Of a DNA stretch of 32,000 nt, positions 17,989 through 26,758 are shown piece after piece. The notes beneath the pieces were generated by a model, which was given only the letters and a program-made list of their open reading frames with translations, ran no database searches and had not been told where the DNA came from. The DNA is from Opitutales bacterium (GTDB taxonomy: Bacteria; Verrucomicrobiota; Verrucomicrobiia; Opitutales; PNEW01): assembly GCA_965219535.1 (NCBI GenBank), contig CBDCNV010000001.1, positions 780,001-812,000 on the forward strand. The letters run 5' to 3'. Position 1 is the stretch's first letter, and each line of letters begins with the position of its first letter. The position numbers were made by a program, and so were the translations under genes.

Positions 17989-19243
17989 ATGGAAAAGAAA
18001 ATAGATTTCAAAAAATACGCCATTGTTTATGTCGATGATGAGGAAAAGTCATTAGAGTATTTCAAGCGCGTATTTGAGGATCAGTTCCGCATCCAATGCG
18101 AGGGAAGGCTATCGTATTTTCGAGGAGCATAAAGATGAGGTTGCGATTCTAATAACGGACCAGCGAATGCCGGGTGAAAAGGGGGTAAACTTATTGCAAA
18201 GAGTTAGACGAGCGAAGCCTCGGGTACTCCGCATGTTGGTTACCGCTTACTCAGATTTAGATGCAGCGATCGATGCCGTAAACTCTGGAGCCATTTATAA
18301 ATACATTAATAAACCCTGGAGTATACCGGAACTAAGAGTGATCCTTAGACATGGCCTCGAATTTTTTATTGTACAACAAGAGCGCGATCATCTCATGCAG
18401 CATAAGCTTTCGGTGATCAATAATATCGTTATTGCTGACCGGGTGATCAGTCTCGGGATTCTTGCGAAAGGATTGGGGCACTATGTGCGCAATTCAATGA
18501 CCGCGGTGAGGACATTTCTCGATCTGGCCCCGGATAGATTAAAAGAGGAAAATGTAGACATTAAAAATCTGCACAATCCAAATTTCTGGAAAGATTTTTA
18601 TGATCAAGTGCAGGGTCAAGTTAGTCAAATCCTTGAAATATTTAATGATATTAGTGTAAGCTCCGAGGACAATCCGTCTACCTTCGAGGATCAATTACAC
18701 ATCGGTGAATTGATTGAAACAGTGCTAACTGAATTAAATCAGAGTTATAAGCATAAAGATATTAAGGTTAATAATAATATTTCAACTGAGCTGCCGGCAT
18801 TGACGGTGGAAAAAGTCAGGTTTCATCGACTCTTCGACCTTTTAATTAATAACGTAATCAATACATTACCTGCAGGTAGTGAAATCAATATCGATGCCAG
18901 GGAGCTGGCCACTTTTAATGGTTATGGGCCTAAAATACAAATAGAGATAAAAGATAACGGTCCCGGGTTACCGCAGGATGAACTTCGTTCCTTATTTTAT
19001 CCCTTTAATGAGCAAGGTAAAGAGAAGAATGAATTCGGTATTAATCTCCTGGCTTGTTACTTCATCGTTTATCACCATGGGGGTAATATTGAAGTTAAGT
19101 CTGAGGAAAATGGTGGTATGAACTTTTCTTTGACTTTCAGGACGAAACCAAGACTTCAATCTCCATCAGAAGATGAGAGTAAATATCTCACCGAAGTTAT
19201 GGTGAATGAAAAAATGTGGGAAAAAATGCTGGCAGAATATTGA
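17989..19243 (+). pseudogene. Receiver-histidine kinase (REC-HisKA-HATPase) with an apparent frameshift inside the receiver domain
   Basis: The ATG at 17989 opens a frame encoding MEKKIDFKKYAIVYVDDEEKSLEYFKRVFEDQFRI..., which stops at 18130-18132. The rest of the receiver (NAREGYRIFEEHKDEVAILITDQRMPGEKG...VTAY...INKPW) and the kinase (GLGHYVRNSMTAV, NNVINTLPAGS, DNGPGL) are in the next frame, open from 18056. Splicing near 18093/18095 gives a canonical receiver. Confidence 0.7.
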
Positions 19244-19315
19244 AGCGAGCCGGAAGCGGGCAGCGTTTACTTTTACAGGAGCCTATACCTGTCATCAATT
19301 TCTCTCCAATAAATA

Positions 19316-21496
19316 CTAATTCTTGCTGAATCGTCGTTGGTCGCAAAGCTGAATAGCGTGTGCAATGACTTGCTGCAATTCGTCAATATCATTTAACGGT
19401 TTCTGTATACGAAAGTCGAATTCCAGCAAGCGAGTATCTCCTTCTGGAAGCTGCCATCCCGTGATCAAGACCGTTGTTACAGAAGGGTTCATACGATGGA
19501 TTTCCCTAGCGACATGATCGCCCGGTAAGCCTGGCATGCCTAAATCGATCACCGCTACGTCAAAATCGGCTCCTGAAAATTTTAATAATGCCTCTCTGCC
19601 ATTTAAAACCTGGGTCACGTCATGTCTGTCGCTGAGTAGTGCGGTAACAAGGTGCCCCACGACTTCCTGATCGTCGACAATCAATATTTTCCCCCTTCTC
19701 ACATCGGGCACATCAATCACCTTTTCAGTATCAGTCTTCTCGTAATTAAAGGTGGGAAACCAGATGGTAAAGGTAGTGCCCTTTCCCAATGCACTCTCAA
19801 CTGCGATTTTACCCTCCCATCGAACAACGGTGTTATAAACCGTCGACAAACCCAAGCCGGTGCCAAGTTCCTTTTTGGTGGTAAAAAACGGTTCAAAAAT
19901 CCGTTTCATTGTCTCCTCATCCATGCCAACACCGTTATCCTTGATTTTCAATTGGACACCACCATCGAGAGGGGTCGTGGTTATTGTAATCTGTCCCCCC
20001 TCGGGTAAAGCATCGACGGCGTTAAATAAGATGTTCAAGAGAATGTTAAATAAGCCGGAAAAGCTCACTGGAACGGGGGCGCTTTCCTCGGAGAGTTCAA
20101 GCTTTAACTCAATGGGGTGTCCTCGCGCTTCTGATTCGTCTTTCCATTTAGGTTGGGTAGCTATGACCGCTTCATGAATGACTGAATTGATTAATGAATG
20201 GTCGGCTTTCTCCGTAAGGTCACCGAGATACGTGAGTTGAAGTCTGGAAATTAAATCCTGGGCCTGAAGACTTGATGAGCGTATCTGATTTACCATCTCA
20301 AGCAGTTTGGGATCGTTCACTTTTCTCATAAGCAGTTCAGAATTAACCATCATCCCCACCAATATATTGTTAAGGTTGTGATTTATTCCTGCTGTCATTT
20401 CCCCAAGGGCGCGCAATCTTTCAGTTCTGACATGTTCTTTTTCTGAATTCTCAAGTTGTGCCATCATGTTATTTATCGTTATCCCGAGTTGGGAAAATTC
20501 ATCAGCACCGATTATGTTTATTCTCGATGATAGGCTTTTCGAGTCGCCGATTTTCTTAACACAATTACTGAATCCTAATATCCTGTTGAGAATTGCCTTT
20601 TCTAACAGCAGCAGAATAACAACGCCCATAACCAAACCTGTCACGAGCACAAAAAGAAAGAAATAAGCGATGGAAGTTTTTCCCTGCATATATATTTCAT
20701 TAGGCATATCGGCCCTTAGAATTAATGCCGGTTTACGATGAATGTCCTTCAATATAAAGTAACCCGCAATGGTTTCATCGTCGATAGGTTGAATGATAAT
20801 TTGATCCTTTTGAGTAAAGGAATCTTTAATCGCGGTAAAATCAGAGGCCATTTCCTCGAGATCAAATGAATACATTGCAAGTGAAAGATCTGTAATTTCC
20901 GCGAAACGATTCAGTTCGTTACTATCCAAAAATCGTCCCATCATAAGTGCCCCCCGAACCGGTCCTTCCCGCGCACTGTTTACAATCGGGGTAATAGCAA
21001 TCAAAAGTGGCCCTTCGGGCAATAAGACTATACCGTTAACGAACTTATTCTCGAATACCGGATTGATGATCTCTGGCGCGATAAGATCCTCAATCATTTG
21101 AGGGGGAACCGGCACTTCGTGGTTTTCATCTAAATTATATTTTTTAATATAAACAATCTCACGTGAAACATTGGCAAACAACATAAGATTTAGGCGCAAT
21201 CCGTCATTGTCTACTGTGTCATTTGTAAGATTTGATTGGAGATACTCTTCGTTAACATCCTCAATAAACGCATAAGTATCATCCCAGGCGGACCAATCAT
21301 AGGCGTTAGTGCTTAGACTTGAAATGTCTTCGGACAATACATTTTGAAATAGTTTTATATTCTGTTTAACGCTTCTTTCTGCAAGCTGTGCATAACTATC
21401 GAGTAGAACTTTCCTCGATATGGTATAAAGCAGTCCGATTAAAACGATAAAGGTAAAGCAGATAATACTGATAGTTTTTCTGCGAATAGTCATCAA
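19316..21496 (-). CDS. Membrane hybrid sensor histidine kinase (CHASE4-like periplasmic domain, TM, HAMP, HisKA, HATPase, REC)
   Basis: 726-aa ORF with two TM segments flanking a ~250-aa extracytoplasmic domain that carries YDWSAWDDTYAFI, which is CHASE4-like from memory. H-box is GINHNLNNIL and ATPase boxes are NAVDALPEGG, DNGVGM, GTGLGLS. C-terminal receiver has ILIVDDQ, VIDLGMPGLPG, QKPL. Confidence 0.85.
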   Translation of the reverse strand: MMTIRRKTISIICFTFIVLIGLLYTISRKVLLDSYAQLAERSVKQNIKLFQNVLSEDISSLSTNAYDWSAWDDTYAFIEDVNEEYLQSNLTNDTVDNDGLRLNLMLFANVSREIVYIKKYNLDENHEVPVPPQMIEDLIAPEIINPVFENKFVNGIVLLPEGPLLIAITPIVNSAREGPVRGALMMGRFLDSNELNRFAEITDLSLAMYSFDLEEMASDFTAIKDSFTQKDQIIIQPIDDETIAGYFILKDIHRKPALILRADMPNEIYMQGKTSIAYFFLFVLVTGLVMGVVILLLLEKAILNRILGFSNCVKKIGDSKSLSSRINIIGADEFSQLGITINNMMAQLENSEKEHVRTERLRALGEMTAGINHNLNNILVGMMVNSELLMRKVNDPKLLEMVNQIRSSSLQAQDLISRLQLTYLGDLTEKADHSLINSVIHEAVIATQPKWKDESEARGHPIELKLELSEESAPVPVSFSGLFNILLNILFNAVDALPEGGQITITTTPLDGGVQLKIKDNGVGMDEETMKRIFEPFFTTKKELGTGLGLSTVYNTVVRWEGKIAVESALGKGTTFTIWFPTFNYEKTDTEKVIDVPDVRRGKILIVDDQEVVGHLVTALLSDRHDVTQVLNGREALLKFSGADFDVAVIDLGMPGLPGDHVAREIHRMNPSVTTVLITGWQLPEGDTRLLEFDFRIQKPLNDIDELQQVIAHAIQLCDQRRFSKN

Positions 21497-21722
21497 TTAT
21501 AAAATAAGATTAAATCACTGGTTGCTTTAGGGGTTCGATTGGTATCGATAGCAATTCAAAAATTCTATCGAGATCAGGAGCGTACTCGGTAGTCATAGTA
21601 ATCTTACGGAATTTATTTATTTTCAGAACTACCGCAAACTAAAAAACTCTAATACATCCAATGACAGCATTGACAGATAGGGTTAGTTATTTCTAATGAG
21701 GTATAATTAATGAAGGAGAAAT

Positions 21723-22442
21723 ATGGCTGTAGACTTGGCGATAATCGAACAATTACGCGAGTTTGAAACACCTACTGTTGCGGAGTCGCTGTTGGCACTG
21801 GGCTGCGCTGACAACCACAGGTATTTCATGGGTGGCGAAATCAAGCTTTTGACTGCTGTGCACCATCCAATGGTTGGCGTCGCGATTTCACTTGTTGTCG
21901 ACACGAGCACACCTGAACTCGAAAAAAACGTCGAAGGTATAATGCAGGCGGGAGAAAAGATGAGCGCTTCAAAATTACCGACGGTTGTCGTCATGCAATC
22001 AGTCGGCGCGCGGATGTCGCATGAATGTGTAACCGGTGACGGGATGTGCAAAAGCTTTCAATCTCAAGGGGCCGTGGGCCTCGTCGCCAACGGGGGCATT
22101 CGCGATATCGATGCGATAAACCAGCTTGGTTTCCCAGCCTATGCCTCGGGAGCGGTGTCTGACCATGCGACCCTGAATTACAAGCTGGCGACGGAACCGA
22201 TTACCGTCAGCGGAGTAGTTATAGATCACGGTGACTTGCTGCATGGCGATTGCAACGGGGTGCATCTGATTCCGGTAAAATATCACCACGCTATTGTCGA
22301 AACCTGCTGTCTGACGCGTGATTTCGAGACACGCGCGCATATTCTCAATCGGCGCACCGACCTTAATGCCCGCGAACAACTTAAAAAAGTCGGTCAGCTA
22401 GCTACAGAGCGTCAGGAAAAATGCATGGCACTGATGGTGTAA
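21723..22442 (+). CDS. RraA / HMG-aldolase family protein
   Basis: 239-aa ORF with a family-like core: GDGMCKSFQSQGAVGLVANGGIRDIDAINQLGFPAYASG and GDLLHGDCNGVHLIP. Confidence 0.7.
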   Translation: MAVDLAIIEQLREFETPTVAESLLALGCADNHRYFMGGEIKLLTAVHHPMVGVAISLVVDTSTPELEKNVEGIMQAGEKMSASKLPTVVVMQSVGARMSHECVTGDGMCKSFQSQGAVGLVANGGIRDIDAINQLGFPAYASGAVSDHATLNYKLATEPITVSGVVIDHGDLLHGDCNGVHLIPVKYHHAIVETCCLTRDFETRAHILNRRTDLNAREQLKKVGQLATERQEKCMALMV

Positions 22443-23126
22443 TAAATAGTTCAGTGAGGTAGAAAAGTCGAAGGGTAGAGGAAGATTCCAGGCTTCGATT
22501 ATCGTGTAAAGAGCTTCATCAATTTTCGTTGACGCTTGTAATACTCAGATTAATCCAAGGCACTGATTTTAAGACACAGTTTTTCCTTTTTTTTGCTGAT
22601 AGCATTAAAGTGTGTGAAGTTAAGCACCACAACCAGGTCCTTCGCATTGCGATTCGATGACTTTTGGGATCGATACTCTGCTCATCTCAGCGGTGCCTAT
22701 TTATCTCATTGCCGGTTGGGTCTCTCAGCGTCTGAGAGAATAATTCTAAAAAAAAGAGGTGACGGAATAGGTTCTCCGCTGCGAATTTTGTAGCGAACTC
22801 TGAATGAATTTGAGTTCCATTAGTTACCCGGTGCCAGCTATTTAGTGGGGACTCTGCGCTACAGTAATGTCCTGCTTATGGTTTAGGTTGCTTCTTTTTA
22901 TGTCATGGGTAGATTATGTGAAGGAAAAAAATTCCATTATAATAATACCCCGATTATTATATATATTACTGGTTATTAATAAGATGTGATTTATAATTTC
23001 ACTCTAAACAGTTTAGTTTTAAATTTCATCAATAAAAATTGTGTCGCCAATATGGCATTTATGGTTAATATCCATCTATATTAGTATTAGTTATTTTAAT
23101 GTATTAACCATAAACTTATTACCGTC

Positions 23127-23558
23127 ATGAATAGAGAGGACTTAATTGCGTTAAAACTTAAATTGGAATCGAAGATCGAAGCGATAAACCTTCTTCTGGA
23201 AGATGAAGGAATATTTGCAGAGGGCTCTGGAATTGGGACTAAACGCGGCCAAAAGAAGGGCGCAAGTTCAAGTGCACAATCCGGAGTCGCAGTCAGAAGT
23301 ATCATGGGTATGGTTCGCGAAACGATTACTCGAATGGGTGGAGATTTTACCGCTAATGATATTTTTCAATCTATCAAAACGCGATATCCGAAATTAAAAG
23401 CTAAAGATATTCGGGTGATTAAGAATCCGATGTGGCAGCTTCAACGAACGGGTGAAATTGAAGTTATCACCAAAGGAGGGGGGCGTCGCCCGAATATATA
23501 TCGGTGGGTCATGGCAGATGATCAAATGCCACTTCTGGGTATCGATAGTAGAAAATAA
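23127..23558 (+). CDS. Hypothetical protein: N-terminal coiled-coil, basic Gly/Ser linker, C-terminal winged-helix-like domain
   Basis: 143-aa ORF preceded by a strongly AT-rich stretch. Heptad-like N-terminus (LIALKLKLESKIEAINLLLE), linker GTKRGQKKGASSSAQSG, and a C-terminal alpha/beta segment ending GEIEVITKGGGRRPNIYRW. No family recognised. Confidence 0.6.
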   Translation: MNREDLIALKLKLESKIEAINLLLEDEGIFAEGSGIGTKRGQKKGASSSAQSGVAVRSIMGMVRETITRMGGDFTANDIFQSIKTRYPKLKAKDIRVIKNPMWQLQRTGEIEVITKGGGRRPNIYRWVMADDQMPLLGIDSRK

Positions 23559-23712
23559 ATGACTAAGTGGTTGTTAGGTTGCATTTGCGACTGCGGTAAG
23601 TGAGTTACGGTAGACAATCGATTGTGGGGAGAGAATTATTTAATGTTATGTAAGCTGATCTTCACCATTGCCAAAGTGAATATATAGGATTATGAGAATA
23701 GTGAAATAATTC

Positions 23713-24417
23713 ATGGCCAGAAAAATTGAGAAACTCTTTCGCGCGTCCTATGCCGCACCTAATGGCTTGCAGGTTACAGATGAAGGGCTGTGGATTGTAG
23801 ATCAAATAACTGACCGGGTAGCTTTAGTGGAGATTCCCGATCAGCCGATTGAAGAATACGGATTAAGCATGATGATCCGGGAAATACCCAGTGAGTCATC
23901 CAATACGAGCGGAATGACTTATGGCGATGGAGCGCTCTGGTTAACCGCAAACGGCCCAGGAACTCTTCGCTACGTTCGGTCGACAGATGCCAAGCCTAAA
24001 ATGTCGGAGATTATAAAAGTGGATAGTCAAACCGGGAAGACTTTACAACGGTATCCGATACCTGGGGGCGGTGGCTCACATGGTGTCGAGTTCGACCACT
24101 TTGAGGAAGGCTATCTCTGGGTGCAGATTCTCAAGGATCAGACCCTGGGAAAAGTGCGCATCGAAGACTGGAGCGTAGAACATTTAATTCCACTGCCTTA
24201 TGTACGCGGGCACGGTATGGTGCGAGTGGAGGACGGGATCTGGGTTGTACACACGGCTGATCGGGTTATTGTCAAACTGGATTTGAATGATGGCGCAGAG
24301 TTGGACCGAATCGAAGTACCCAAATCGCAACCGGAGCCACATGGGCTTTCACGACTGGGTGAAGACCTGCTTTACTGCGATGCAAGCTCTGGATGGTTAG
24401 CAAGAATTACCCTGTGA
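23713..24417 (+). CDS. Beta-propeller repeat protein (glutaminyl-cyclase / NHL-like), function uncertain
   Basis: 234-aa ORF with recurring blade-like units (GLQVTDEGLWIVDQITDRVALV; GMTYGDGALWLTANG; GVEFDHFEEGYLWVQ; GMVRVEDGIWVVHTADRVIVKLD; GLSRLGEDLLYCDASSGWLARI). Confidence 0.6.
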   Translation: MARKIEKLFRASYAAPNGLQVTDEGLWIVDQITDRVALVEIPDQPIEEYGLSMMIREIPSESSNTSGMTYGDGALWLTANGPGTLRYVRSTDAKPKMSEIIKVDSQTGKTLQRYPIPGGGGSHGVEFDHFEEGYLWVQILKDQTLGKVRIEDWSVEHLIPLPYVRGHGMVRVEDGIWVVHTADRVIVKLDLNDGAELDRIEVPKSQPEPHGLSRLGEDLLYCDASSGWLARITL

Positions 24418-24466
24418 AGAAACGGCGGGGATTCGACTATTATAGTACCTACGCACTAGGTTATTG

Positions 24467-24895
24467 ATGGCAGCTCGATATTTTAAAGTTCGAGCTTGTC
24501 AAGCGACTGATTGCGAAGCCGTGTTGAGCCTTTATAAAGAAGCTTAATACCCACCGATTCTCTCGTAAATGTTATTGATTGGGATGATGACCATAATCAT
24601 TTCAAGGGAGTATATATTAGCGAGGGGGAATAATTTTTGGTGTGCTATTTTAAAAAACGGTTTTAACGAAATGGGTCGTGAAATAAGCGACAGTTTTAAA
24701 TTAATCTATTACGAAAAAAGTTACACTGATAGAATTAATGCAGTGTTGGAATTTCCATCTCACAGGGAGTTTACAGGTGCAGGTGTTAACGATAGTTAGG
24801 GTTATAACAGGCAATAAAATAAAACCCAGATGTTCGCTTTATATACTTCGCTAAAGGTTATACTTTTTCTTTCGCCCTCAAGGCGATAAGCAGTC
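24467..24895 (+). pseudogene. Decayed GNAT-family N-acetyltransferase remnant (several frame disruptions)
   Basis: The ATG at 24467 encodes MAARYFKVRACQATDCEAVLSLYKEA then a stop, which is a typical GNAT beta1-alpha1. Later pieces appear in other frames: ...VIDWDDDHNHFKGVYISEGE*, then NNFWCAIL...INAVLEFPSHREFTGAGV (degenerate motif A, xPxxRGxGxG), then ...ALYTSLKVILF. The 3' boundary is approximate. Confidence 0.4.
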
Positions 24896-25210
24896 GAAGC
24901 CCGCGTCAAAGAAGTGATGTTGATAAGGTGTGAAGTACGGATTGGTGCACCTAACATTTCTTGGTAGATAACATCCCTTTATTAATAATAAGTCACTGAT
25001 TTACAATTAGATATATCTATATTGAGGGCACAATTTAATATCTCATTTCTTTGGTAAAAAAATGTAAATAACATTCCCCTGACAGGCCGTATCTTGACTC
25101 CTTTTAGAGTTAGATTAGTATAGCGACCATGCTTAAATAATACTCGTTTAAATAGGTAGTTAATAAGCAAGAATCACTTTTTAGGAGTAAAACAATCATT
25201 ATTTAATTTT

Positions 25211-26125
25211 ATGCTACACTCGACGGCTATTCCATCCAAAAGCAATCTCTTTTCAATAATCTCAGAGAATATAAAACGCAGGTTTCCTGACTCTGAAAAC
25301 GAAGAGATCACGAACACCTCAAATCCTTTTCAAAACATGCACATGATGCCAAGCAGCGAAACTAACGGAAGTTATCTTCGTAAAAGGGCAACCAGGAATA
25401 ATCAAAGTGTTAACATAAATGGAATTTATCCTTCGCGTGAGTCAACTAATCAGTTAATGGGAGTAGTCGCTCACGACCTGAAGAATCCGATGATCGGCAT
25501 CCGGGGAATCGCAGAAATTCTCCTCGAGGATGGAATAGGGGAAATGACGAGCGATCAAAAGGAAATGATTGGAAGAATTGTCTCCGGATCAAACAGTGTG
25601 CTCCAATTGATCGAAGAACTGCTCGATGTTGCGTCGATCCGATCGGGTAAGCTGCAACTACAGCTAGAGAAAGCATCTTTTTCAAAGATCGTTACCGAGT
25701 CTGTTCAATTAAATTCTATTCACGCGGCTCAGAAAAACATCACCATCGTCGCTGAGAACAAAGCGGAGATGGATACATTAAAATGTGATTCCTCAAAAGT
25801 CAGGCAGGTAATTGATAACCTCTTGAGTAACGCGGTTAAGTATTCACCAGCGGCAACGTCGATAAAAGCCATTCTTCATTCGAAAAACGGGCGTATTGGA
25901 TTTTCCGTCATCGATGAGGGACCGGGTATACCGGAGGATGAAAAGCATCATATATTTCAGGATTTTGGTCGCACCTCGGTTCAACCTACGGGAGGAGAAA
26001 AAAGCACGGGGCTAGGGTTGGCCATATGCCGTTATATTGTAAGAGCCCATGGAGGTACTATCAGTTTTAAAAATTTACCTGAGAAAGGTTGTAGTTTCAC
26101 CGTCTACTTTCCAACCCACGCTTAA
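25211..26125 (+). CDS. Soluble histidine kinase without a recognisable sensor domain
   Basis: 304-aa ORF. The first ~80 aa are Ser/Asn/Pro-rich with no TM helix. H-box is VAHDLKNPM and ATPase boxes are NAVKYSPAAT, DEGPGI, STGLGLAICRYIV. Confidence 0.9.
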   Translation: MLHSTAIPSKSNLFSIISENIKRRFPDSENEEITNTSNPFQNMHMMPSSETNGSYLRKRATRNNQSVNINGIYPSRESTNQLMGVVAHDLKNPMIGIRGIAEILLEDGIGEMTSDQKEMIGRIVSGSNSVLQLIEELLDVASIRSGKLQLQLEKASFSKIVTESVQLNSIHAAQKNITIVAENKAEMDTLKCDSSKVRQVIDNLLSNAVKYSPAATSIKAILHSKNGRIGFSVIDEGPGIPEDEKHHIFQDFGRTSVQPTGGEKSTGLGLAICRYIVRAHGGTISFKNLPEKGCSFTVYFPTHA

Positions 26126-26127
26126 TC

Positions 26128-26532
26128 ATGATCAGTAATCTTAAAGCGCTGGTTGTCGATGATGAAGAACATGTGCGCACTTACATTGTACTGGTTCTTC
26201 GCAAGTTGGGGATTGGCACTATACTCGAGGCCAGAAACGGCGAACAGGCGGTTGAAATGTACAAGCAGGAAAGGCCAGATATCACTTTGATGGATGTTAA
26301 TATGCCGGTGATGAATGGGATTACATCACTCCAGCGGATAATAGAAATAAATCCGGAAGCGGTTGTAATAATGCTTACCTCGCTCGCCACTCGGCAGATC
26401 GTAGAAGATTCAGCAGAACATGGGGCCTCACATTTTGTGCGGAAGGATACAACGAAGGAAAATATGCAAGAGATCATCAATGAGACAATCTCTCTTTTCC
26501 TGGATGTAGAGTCTAAGGCCAGCGTATCGTAA
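26128..26532 (+). CDS. Stand-alone response-regulator receiver (CheY-like)
   Basis: 134-aa ORF starting 2 nt after the kinase stop, with ALVVDDEE, ITLMDVNMPVMNG, IMLTS and VRKD. Confidence 0.9.
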   Translation: MISNLKALVVDDEEHVRTYIVLVLRKLGIGTILEARNGEQAVEMYKQERPDITLMDVNMPVMNGITSLQRIIEINPEAVVIMLTSLATRQIVEDSAEHGASHFVRKDTTKENMQEIINETISLFLDVESKASVS

Positions 26533-26547
26533 TTAGAGGATTTAATT

Positions 26548-26751
26548 TTGAAAGATAATTACACGCCCACCTTGTTTCCTCAAAGTGAAGGGATCGAGTC
26601 CCAGGATAATCGTTATTCCCTGCCGGAAATGCTATTGGAACTTAAGAACGAACGCGCCACTTCCTACTTCTCAAAAGAAATTCTGGACCAGCTTGAAATA
26701 TCAAAAATCTTCGAGGGAAAAAGAATAGCACGTGCTAAAGGTAAGAAATGA
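26548..26751 (+). CDS. Small hypothetical protein (67 aa) between the receiver and the ATPase
   Basis: TTG start 8 nt after a GAGGA RBS. It lies 15 nt after the receiver stop and ends 7 nt before the ATPase ATG. It is hydrophilic with a basic C-terminus (KRIARAKGKK) and no recognised motif. Confidence 0.5.
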   Translation: MKDNYTPTLFPQSEGIESQDNRYSLPEMLLELKNERATSYFSKEILDQLEISKIFEGKRIARAKGKK

Positions 26752-26758
26752 TAAATTC

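Noticed and set aside
21707-22379. Two minus-strand ORFs (114 and 126 aa) opposite the RraA-like gene
   Set aside because: They are antisense to a gene with recognisable family motifs and have no motif of their own.
22721-22739. Perfect 8-bp hairpin as an intrinsic terminator
   Set aside because: On the + strand it is followed by an A-run. On the - strand the T-run precedes the stem instead of following it. Neither orientation fits a rho-independent terminator.
22593-22793. 66-aa TTG-initiated ORF in the long intergenic stretch
   Set aside because: It has no RBS and no recognisable motif, and it contains the 22721-22739 hairpin. It is more likely non-coding.
26732-26758. GTG start at 26732 for the GspE/PilB-class ATPase
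   Set aside because: It overlaps the 3' end of the upstream 67-aa ORF and adds a non-conserved-looking extension. The ATG at 26759, 7 nt after that ORF's stop, fits translational coupling better.
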